A stretch of 32,000 nt of DNA, from positions 55,321 to 87,320 of the forward strand of contig NZ_SNUY01000008.1 of the NCBI RefSeq assembly GCF_004376175.1, read 5' to 3'. Below the pieces are notes generated by a model. It ran no database searches and was not told the origin of the DNA. It saw only the letters and a list, made by a program, of their open reading frames with translations. This DNA comes from Halalkalibacterium halodurans (lineage in GTDB: Bacteria; Bacillota; Bacilli; Bacillales; Bacillaceae_D). Both the position numbers and the translations under genes were made by a program. Positions 25,133 to 32,000 of this stretch are shown here, piece after piece (positions within the stretch are counted from its first letter, which is position 1; each line of letters opens with the position of its first letter).

Positions 25133-25741
25133 ATGGCTTTTGAACTACCAAAACTACCGTATCCTGCAAATGCACTTGAACCACACATCGATGAGGCAAC
25201 GATGAACATTCACCACGGGAAGCACCATAACACGTATGTAACAAAATTAAATGCAGCTCTTGAAGGTCACAGTGCTCTTGCTGAAAAGTCAATTGAAGCG
25301 CTTGTCAGCGACCTCGATGCTGTACCAGAAAACATTCGTACAGCAGTCCGCAATAATGGTGGTGGCCATGCAAACCACACGCTTTTCTGGCAAATTCTTA
25401 GCCCGAATGGTGGAGGCGCTCCTACTGGTGAGCTTGCAGATGCGATCAATGCTGAATTCGGTAGCTTTGATCAATTCAAAGAAAAATTTGCAGACGCAGC
25501 AGCAAACCGCTTCGGTTCTGGCTGGGCGTGGCTTGTTGTCAATGATGGCAAACTAGAAATCACAAGCACTCCAAACCAAGATACGCCATTAATGGAAGGG
25601 AAAACACCAATTCTTGGCTTAGACGTATGGGAGCATGCATACTACTTGAATTACCAAAACCGTCGTCCTGATTACATTTCAGCTTTCTGGAACGTTGTCA
25701 ATTGGGACGAAGTAGCGAAGCGTTACAACGAAGCAAAATAA
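25133..25741 (+). CDS. sodA: Superoxide dismutase [Mn]
   Basis: [20 protein letters not shown]..., metal ligands in HHGKHH and DVWEHAYY. 202 aa. The ATG at 25133 lies 8 nt after SD AAGGAGGAG. The tracked start at 25046 adds a spurious leader. Confidence 0.95.
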   Translation: MAFELPKLPYPANALEPHIDEATMNIHHGKHHNTYVTKLNAALEGHSALAEKSIEALVSDLDAVPENIRTAVRNNGGGHANHTLFWQILSPNGGGAPTGELADAINAEFGSFDQFKEKFADAAANRFGSGWAWLVVNDGKLEITSTPNQDTPLMEGKTPILGLDVWEHAYYLNYQNRRPDYISAFWNVVNWDEVAKRYNEAK

Positions 25742-25756
25742 GTCTGATGTTTACAT

Positions 25757-25796
25757 AGAGGGGCCATTTACAATGATGGACCCCTCTTATTTTTTG
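25757..25796 (+). terminator. Rho-independent terminator after sodA
   Basis: AGAGGGGCCA ... TGGACCCCTCT stem (7 bp plus 3 bp with a bulge), followed by TATTTTTT. Confidence 0.75.
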
Positions 25797-25882
25797 TAGG
25801 TAAATCTCGTTCGATCTCCCCCTGTCTCAATGCATAACGTGACTAAACCGACACACACTAAAACAGAAGGTGGTGGGTCGGT

Positions 25883-27172
25883 TTGCATGATGTATTAAAA
25901 AAAGTTATTGGGGATATTGAAGTTTCAAAAGATCTCATCTTACTACTCGTCATTGGCGGTCTTTATGCACTCGGAATTGCCCTTTCTAATACATTTGTAA
26001 ATGTCTACTTGTGGAAGCAATCTGGAGAGTTTCTTGATTTAGCTCTTTACAATTTAACGTCTGTGATTATGCAACCACTCACGTTTATTTTGGCAGGGCG
26101 TTGGGCGAAGAAAATTGATCGTGTGATCGTCTTACGGTTAGGGGTCATTTTTTTATCGATTTTCTTTTCAACAGTTCTCATGTTAGGGGAAAAGGCAAAT
26201 CAATTCCTGATCCTTCTTGGCGGATTGCTGGGGATCGGATTTGGTTTTTATTGGCTTGCCTTTAATGTCCTTACGTTTGAAATTACAGAGCCTGAGACGA
26301 GGGATTTTTTTAATGGTTTTTTGGGGCTGCTTACCTCCTTTGCTGGAATGATCGGACCCATTCTTTCAGGTTTTTTGATTACAAAGATGGAGAAGATGAC
26401 TGGATACACGGTAATATTTGCCCTTTCTCTAGGTCTGTTCATTCTTGCTGTCATCATTAGCTTCATGCTGAAGAGGAGAGCAGCAAAAGGAGGGTTTCAC
26501 TTCCGAGCCGTCCTAAAAGAGCGGAAGCATAATAAAAATTGGGGACGGATTGTCCACGCCCACTTTTTCCAAGGATTACGAGAAGGAACGTTTGCATTTG
26601 TTATTGTCGTATGGGTGTATGTGACAACGAAGAGTGAATTAGCGATCGGGACATATGGTCTTGTCGCCTCGGCTACATCGTTTGTTGCTTATTATTTAGC
26701 CACTCGCCTCATCAAGCCGAGCTTTCGCAAGAAGTCGATCCTCATTGGAGGATTGGTTTTGTATGCGGCGTTGTTTTTAATTGTTTTTAAGCTGACATTC
26801 CCTCGATTAATTATGTATGGGATTGTCATCTCCATCGCTTATCCGTTTCTCCTCGTACCGTATGTTTCATTAACCTATGACGTCATTGGTAAAGCAAAAG
26901 GTGCAAAAGACATGCGGGTGGAGTACATTGTCGTTCGTGAACTGTTTTTAAATTTAGGTCGGATTACGTCCATTTGCCTTTTCATTTTAACGATTTCAGT
27001 ATTACCAGAAAAGAAGGGGATTCCGCTGTTGTTTCTTATTGTTGGTGCCGGGCATACTGTCATCTATTGGTTTATTCGCAACATTCGCTTCCCGGCAAAG
27101 AAACATGTTCCTTCCTACATGTTTGCAAGGCAAAAAAATGGTGAAGGTGGTCCAGGAAATTCAACGGTATAA
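25883..27172 (+). CDS. yqgE: MFS transporter, YqgE-like
   Basis: 429 aa, about 12 TM, motif GRWAKKIDR. TTG start after GAAGGTGGTG. Its position between sodA and pbpA matches B. subtilis (recalled). Confidence 0.7.
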   Translation: MHDVLKKVIGDIEVSKDLILLLVIGGLYALGIALSNTFVNVYLWKQSGEFLDLALYNLTSVIMQPLTFILAGRWAKKIDRVIVLRLGVIFLSIFFSTVLMLGEKANQFLILLGGLLGIGFGFYWLAFNVLTFEITEPETRDFFNGFLGLLTSFAGMIGPILSGFLITKMEKMTGYTVIFALSLGLFILAVIISFMLKRRAAKGGFHFRAVLKERKHNKNWGRIVHAHFFQGLREGTFAFVIVVWVYVTTKSELAIGTYGLVASATSFVAYYLATRLIKPSFRKKSILIGGLVLYAALFLIVFKLTFPRLIMYGIVISIAYPFLLVPYVSLTYDVIGKAKGAKDMRVEYIVVRELFLNLGRITSICLFILTISVLPEKKGIPLLFLIVGAGHTVIYWFIRNIRFPAKKHVPSYMFARQKNGEGGPGNSTV

Positions 27173-27590
27173 GCGATTGTGTCAATCTTGTAACAGTGAT
27201 TGGACCTGCTTCTGTTTTCGTTAAAATTGTGCTATACTGAGCTTAGTTTAAAACAGCCTGCTATGTTTGTTAGCTTCTCTAATGTTTCGAACCGTACGTT
27301 TAAAAAGGGAGCTCTACATTGACTCTGTGACGACATGCCTCTATTAGGACGTTGGATCAGCTGTCTGCGAGCACCCACCTGCGAGGGTAGGTTCTTGAAA
27401 CGTGTGAAGCAAACGGCATTCGCGGGTTTTTTTATACGATTGGAGAGTATAAACGATTTCCCAAATGAAAGATCTTAGTATGATCGTTCTGGACGGATCG
27501 GCTTCCATGAAAGCTCGGCCATGTCGCCGAGTTTTCTTTCATGAGTCCTGACATATTATAAATGGTAGTATATAGGAGGAACATTAGCGT

Positions 27591-29675
27591 ATGAGAACAG
27601 GGCCACGCAAAAAAAAGAACTTTGTATTTAGCCGGTTGAATGTCCTCTTTTTTATCGTGTTTGCGCTCTTTTCCATTTTAATTTTGCGCCTTGGTTTTGT
27701 GCAAATTGTGGAAGGAGAAACACATTTAAAGAGTTTGGAAAGGACATCGAACGCCACTGCAAGAATTGATGCGCCCCGTGGTCTCATGTATGACCGCTTT
27801 GGCTATGTTTTGGTCGATAACGAACTCGAGCTGTCTTTAACGTACACGAGTCAAAGTCAGACAAGAGACACTGAAGAAATGCTCGATGTTGCTCGCAAGC
27901 TAGAACAGCTCATTGAAGTGGATACGAGTAAGATTACGGAGCGAGACCGAAAGGATTATTGGTTGCTGCAAGCCTCTCGTGAAGAACGACTTGAGCTCGT
28001 GTCTTTAGAAGAACGAAAAGAGATCGATGATCCTCAGGAGGAGTATGCTCTTGAGCTCGAACGGATTACAGATGAGCATCTTAATAGCTTAACAGAGGAA
28101 GATGAACGGATTCTGGCGATCTTTCGCCAAATGAATCAAGGCTATGCACTAACACCTCAGCGGATCAAACGGGATATTTCGGAAGAAGAAGCCCACAGCA
28201 TCGCTGAAAAGCTAGATGAGCTTCCCGGTGTTGATATCCTTCGTGATTCCAGACGTAAATATCCATATGGCAACTCGCTCAGAAGTGTGTTTGGGAACAC
28301 AGGCTCCATTCCGCGGGAGCAGCTTAACAATTATTTAGCAAAAGGATATGAACGGTCCGATATTGTCGGAACAAGTTATTTGGAGCTTCAATATGAAGAT
28401 GTGCTCAGGGGACAAAAAGCAGTTGTTGAAAGCATGACAACATCATCCGCTGGAGACATGATCGAGCAAACGATTAATGAGCAGTTAGGCTCAAGAGGAA
28501 ATGACCTCGTGTTGGCGATTGATATGGAGATGCAACAATATTTGGATGACATTGTGGAACGGCGAATTTCACAAAATCCTGGGGCGTTTATCAATGAAGG
28601 TTCAGCTTATGTGGTGATGATGGACCCGAAAACGGGAGATATTCTCGCAATGACCGGTTATTCAACAAATCAGGAAAATGACCATATTGGCGTTGTCAAT
28701 AAAGCATTTGAAATGGGATCCTCTATAAAAGGGGCTTCTGTGTTAACCGGTTTTCAAACAGGTGTTGCCTCACCAGGGACCGTGTTTTATGATCGACCAA
28801 TTGACCTTCCTGGTACCCCTATTAAAAAGTCTGTGCGGAACTACGGGGCTGTTAGTTCTCAGCGAGCCCTTGAAGTGTCATCCAACGTGTATATGTTTGA
28901 AATTGCCATGAGGATGGCAGGCTATAATTACAACTCAAAATGCTGCTGGAATAGTGAAACGATTGAGAGAGCTTACAATGAAGCGCGCTATTATTTCAGC
29001 CAGTTTGGATTAGGTACAGAGACGGGGATTGACCTCCCGTCTGAGTATACAGGTGTCAATGGTGGAGTTCAACAAGCGGGTAACCTGTTAGACTTAATGA
29101 TCGGACAGTTTGATACGTATACAACGATGCAGCTCGCTCAATATATTTCAACGATTGCCAATGATGGTTACCGGATGCAACCGCGACTTGTTACTGAAAT
29201 TCGTGAGCCGAGTGCGGATAAAGATTCACGCGGTGCTGTCGTTCAACAATTTGAGCCACGAGTGTTGAATCGAATCGATATGACCGATGCACAAATTCGT
29301 GATGTTCAGCAAGGGTTCAGACGTGTTTCAACAAACGGTACGGCCAGTCGCTTCTTTGCGAACAAAACATATACGACCGCAACAAAAACCGGAACAGCTC
29401 AGGTTCGCGTCGCTGTAGGAGAGGGAGAAAACCGTCGCTTTATTGACGGGAACAACCAAGCACTTGTCGGATATGCACCATATGATGATCCTGAGGTAGC
29501 ATTTGCGATCATCGTTCCTTATGCGAAACGTGATTCAGCTCCAGGTGCCAATGCTGACCTTGCCCGTGATATTGGGGCAGAGATGCTGGATACGTATTTT
29601 GAATTAAAGGAAAGGCGAGAAGGCCCTACGTTAGCAGATGATCCTGTTTTAGAGGATTTTGAAGGGAACGATTAA
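27591..29675 (+). CDS. pbpA: Class B penicillin-binding protein (PBP2a-type transpeptidase)
   Basis: N-terminal TM anchor and a dimerisation domain. Transpeptidase motifs SxxK (GSSIK), SxN (SSN) and KTG (KTGTA). SD TAGGAGGAA. Confidence 0.88.
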   Translation: MRTGPRKKKNFVFSRLNVLFFIVFALFSILILRLGFVQIVEGETHLKSLERTSNATARIDAPRGLMYDRFGYVLVDNELELSLTYTSQSQTRDTEEMLDVARKLEQLIEVDTSKITERDRKDYWLLQASREERLELVSLEERKEIDDPQEEYALELERITDEHLNSLTEEDERILAIFRQMNQGYALTPQRIKRDISEEEAHSIAEKLDELPGVDILRDSRRKYPYGNSLRSVFGNTGSIPREQLNNYLAKGYERSDIVGTSYLELQYEDVLRGQKAVVESMTTSSAGDMIEQTINEQLGSRGNDLVLAIDMEMQQYLDDIVERRISQNPGAFINEGSAYVVMMDPKTGDILAMTGYSTNQENDHIGVVNKAFEMGSSIKGASVLTGFQTGVASPGTVFYDRPIDLPGTPIKKSVRNYGAVSSQRALEVSSNVYMFEIAMRMAGYNYNSKCCWNSETIERAYNEARYYFSQFGLGTETGIDLPSEYTGVNGGVQQAGNLLDLMIGQFDTYTTMQLAQYISTIANDGYRMQPRLVTEIREPSADKDSRGAVVQQFEPRVLNRIDMTDAQIRDVQQGFRRVSTNGTASRFFANKTYTTATKTGTAQVRVAVGEGENRRFIDGNNQALVGYAPYDDPEVAFAIIVPYAKRDSAPGANADLARDIGAEMLDTYFELKERREGPTLADDPVLEDFEGND

Positions 29676-29680
29676 ACGCA

Positions 29681-29723
29681 AAAAACATCCTCTTCAGCGT
29701 ACGAGCTGGAGGGGATGTTTTTA
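29681..29723. terminator. Bidirectional rho-independent terminator
   Basis: 14-bp stem ACATCCTCTTCAGC / GCTGGAGGGGATGT with two G-U pairs, flanked by AAAAA on one side and TTTTT on the other. Confidence 0.8.
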
Positions 29724-29742
29724 CTTTAGGCTAAAACGATAC

Positions 29743-30111
29743 TCATTGTGAAGCCGCCCATTTTCGTTGCAGCTGTTCTACTTCGGTTAACAGCAGCCCT
29801 GTTTTACGGGCAATTTCTTCAGCCTCATAGCCAGCGTCAGATAACTGTCCTACTTCTTCTATTAACAGCGCTTGTTTGTCGTTTGTCTGCGAGAGACTTG
29901 CACGTTGACCGACGAGAAGCTCCTCTTCAAGTAAACGCATTTTCTTTTTCAATTGGTAAATTTCTTGCATAAACGTAATCGAGAGGTTATCCAATTGTTC
30001 CTCTAATTGCTTCGTTCGATCTTTACGTGCGAAGGAAAGAATGAACAAGATTGAAGAAAATATAAAAAGTCCGATCAACACCCATTCCAAAGCAATTTCC
30101 CCCCTTTTCAT
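29743..30111 (-). CDS. Membrane-anchored coiled-coil protein of unknown function (occupies the yqzC/yqzD position)
   Basis: 122 aa with one N-terminal TM (LEWVLIGLFIFSSILFILSF), then heptad-like Leu/Glu/Gln-rich sequence. SD GGGGGAAA is weak. Confidence 0.5.
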   Translation of the reverse strand: MKRGEIALEWVLIGLFIFSSILFILSFARKDRTKQLEEQLDNLSITFMQEIYQLKKKMRLLEEELLVGQRASLSQTNDKQALLIEEVGQLSDAGYEAEEIARKTGLLLTEVEQLQRKWAASQ

Positions 30112-30342
30112 CTCTGTGTATCTCTTTTATTATAAAGGAAAAAGACAAGGGACACTCCTGTTTTTTTTAACCTTCTATAATGTAAACTTTCTAAAAATTC
30201 ATTCGATTTTCTGACAAGCTTGTATCTTCTCTTGATCGTTTTACGTTATGATATGAATAGTGCATCAAGTAAAAAGGGACAAAAACAGACATTTTTCCTC
30301 TCTTGTTCCCTTTTCTTCCTAAAGGTATGATGAAGTAAATGA

Positions 30343-31002
30343 ATGTTTTTCGAAGGAGTGGAGCAATTGATCGAAGAAATCTTGAAGCTTCGAAAACAAG
30401 GTCTTTCGTTTCGGAAAATAGCGCAAGCATTAAACACAACCGTCGGAAAAGTTCATTATCGTTATAAAAAGCACGAAGAGCTTCAACATCAAAAAGGACA
30501 AGCTAAGCCAGCCGCTAAAGGCGAGTGGCAGCTTCCTGGCTCTTATCCTGTTACAGAAATCACTCTCCTTCCACAAGGACCGACAACATTGTATGCGTTT
30601 TGGGATACCTCTGAACAAACAAGAGGACTCGTTTCCTACCAGACCGATAAGGACTGGGAACAGCTGGAGAAACGTCTTCGCCTCTATGACGTGACATCAC
30701 TCTTATTCGATGGCCGCCGTGCCAACCGCTATGTAGATATTCACTTACCAGAAATGACAAACAATTGGCTGATTGAACATGTAGAACCAAACTGTACTTA
30801 TCTTATAGATTTAGGGGTTATCACTCCCTCTGGTGCGTTTTTACCGGTTGTACGTTCCACGCCAATCGAGACGCCAAGACAACGAAACGATCAATATAAC
30901 TTTCGGAAGGAAGATGTGCTTGACTGGCAATACGGTTTGAGCGAAGAACCGAAGTGGCTTGAGCATTTCAGCACGTATTCCTATTACGAAAAAACGAAAT
31001 AA
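30343..31002 (+). CDS. HTH-containing DUF4912-like protein
   Basis: N-terminal HTH (GLSFRKIAQALNTTVGKVHYRYKK), then a beta-rich domain (LYAFWD...RLRLYDVT...YLIDLGV) like the DUF4912 proteins usually found next to GH57 genes. The in-frame TTG at 30367 lies 8 nt after SD GAAGGAG and is a better-supported start than the ATG at 30343. Confidence 0.55.
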   Translation: MFFEGVEQLIEEILKLRKQGLSFRKIAQALNTTVGKVHYRYKKHEELQHQKGQAKPAAKGEWQLPGSYPVTEITLLPQGPTTLYAFWDTSEQTRGLVSYQTDKDWEQLEKRLRLYDVTSLLFDGRRANRYVDIHLPEMTNNWLIEHVEPNCTYLIDLGVITPSGAFLPVVRSTPIETPRQRNDQYNFRKEDVLDWQYGLSEEPKWLEHFSTYSYYEKTK

Positions 31003-31014
31003 GGAGCCCGCGAG

Positions 31015-32000
31015 ATGAGAGAAGGATATTTTTCCCTAGTCTTACATGCCCACTTGCCTTATGTTCGTCATCAAGAAGAAGATCGATTGGAGGAACGTTG
31101 GCTGTTTGAAGCCATGTCGGAAACGTATATTCCTCTTTTATGGGCCTTAGAAAAACTGCCCGTAAAACATGCAGTCACCATTTCCTTTACCCCTCCTGTT
31201 ATGGAGATGCTGAGTGACCCACTTGTGCAAACTCGTTACTTGAATCACCTTGAAAATACCGAACAGCTTTTGAAAAAAGAAGAGAAACGTACAAACGATC
31301 AACGAACGCAAAATCTCGTTCAGTTTTATAAGCAGCGCTATGAAAAGCTAAAAGCAACGTTTTTACAGTGGGATCGGAATCTACTCATCGGTTTCCGCAG
31401 CTTGATGGAGAACGAGCAATGCACATTAATGACGTCCGCTGCCACGCATGCCTTTTTTCCATACTTAAAAACAAAAGAAGCAATTCGCGCCCAAGTTCGC
31501 CACGGAATCGCATGCTTTGAACAACATTTTGGCAAAAAACCACTTGGGTTCTGGCTCCCAGAATGTGCCTTCTCTCCAGGCGTTGACCGAATTTTATTTG
31601 AGGAAGGCATCCGTTACACATTTGTAGATGAACACGCTGTTTTGACGGCAGATCCGACTCCGCATAAGGGCTCAGGTGCCCCGATCTATAGCCCGCATGG
31701 AATTGCGTTGTTCCCTCGCCATACGGAACTTTCCGCAAAAGTGTGGAGCTCAACGCTTGGGTATCCTGGTGATGTCGATTACCGTGAATTTTACCGTGAC
31801 ATCGCATATGACCGGGAATGGGATTATATTAAGCCGCACGTCCACAAAGACGGGATTCGGATCGATACAGGGTTGAAGTATCATCGGATTACAGGGCATA
31901 CGGAGGAAAAAGACTTGTATGTCCGTGAATGGGCGGAGAAACGTGTGCAAGAACATGCGAATCATTTTATAGGTGCGATTCATCATGAGATCGATCAACA
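31015..32000 (+). CDS. GH57-family alpha-glucan enzyme (1,4-alpha-glucan branching enzyme-like, DUF1957 type), 5' partial
   Basis: Open frame from the ATG at 31015 (SD GGAG 8 nt upstream) to the window edge, 328 codons with no stop. It is absent from the ORF track because it is open-ended. Motifs LVLHAHLPYVRH and GFWLPECAF (GH57 catalytic Glu region). Confidence 0.8.
   Translation, partial: MREGYFSLVLHAHLPYVRHQEEDRLEERWLFEAMSETYIPLLWALEKLPVKHAVTISFTPPVMEMLSDPLVQTRYLNHLENTEQLLKKEEKRTNDQRTQNLVQFYKQRYEKLKATFLQWDRNLLIGFRSLMENEQCTLMTSAATHAFFPYLKTKEAIRAQVRHGIACFEQHFGKKPLGFWLPECAFSPGVDRILFEEGIRYTFVDEHAVLTADPTPHKGSGAPIYSPHGIALFPRHTELSAKVWSSTLGYPGDVDYREFYRDIAYDREWDYIKPHVHKDGIRIDTGLKYHRITGHTEEKDLYVREWAEKRVQEHANHFIGAIHHEIDQ

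Noticed and set aside
27243-27560. Short ORFs of 19, 47 and 28 aa in the pbpA upstream region
   Set aside because: None has an SD-like sequence at the correct spacing. An RNA-level explanation is more plausible.
31338-31998. Three minus-strand ORFs (90, 140 and 82 aa) at the window end
   Set aside because: All are antisense to the uninterrupted GH57 reading frame starting at 31015, which has clear family motifs and an SD.
1-32000. Search for CRISPR arrays, IS elements, prophage or integrase genes, toxin-antitoxin pairs and known defence systems
   Set aside because: There are no regularly spaced direct repeats, no transposase, integrase or recombinase-like ORFs, and no nuclease/ATPase/methylase clusters. 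Every ORF with a good SD has a housekeeping or transport-type explanation.

Overview
This window reads as ordinary chromosomal core genome from a Bacillaceae-type Firmicute. From memory (nothing was searched), it is colinear with the B. subtilis 168 neighbourhood yqfQ-cshB-nfo-yqfT ... zur-yqfW-yqfX-ispG-yqfZ ... sodA-yqgE-pbpA. Confident calls are cshB, nfo, an orphan PAS-type histidine kinase, and two substrate-binding-protein-less metal ABC modules (one with a MntR-like palindrome, one followed by zur). Further confident calls are an SLT-domain protein, a ppx-ppk polyphosphate operon, ispG, two MFS transporters and a Na/Pi cotransporter with fused PhoU domains. Also confident are a four-gene tRNA cluster (Asn-Met-Ile2-Ser), a GNAT acetyltransferase, sodA and pbpA. 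The 3' edge carries an HTH-DUF4912 gene followed by a GH57 alpha-glucan enzyme gene; the GH57 ORF is absent from the supplied track because it runs off the window. I found no transposase, integrase, phage gene, CRISPR array or recognisable defence or toxin system, so I do not claim a clear novel system. The points most worth a second look are: (1) an apparent 1-nt frameshift that replaces the C-terminus of the yqfW-like HAD nucleotidase and drives translation through a terminator into the convergent gene. (2) Four phased Pho-box-like hexamers upstream of the Na/Pi-PhoU transporter. (3) An untracked 35-aa YjcZ-type micro-ORF beside a DUF1540 Cys-rich gene. (4) The metal and phosphate regulatory architecture around ppx-ppk and znuCB-zur. 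(5) Several structured non-coding stretches (SLT leader, post-tRNA spacer, pbpA leader). All family assignments come from motifs read by eye and need a database search to confirm.
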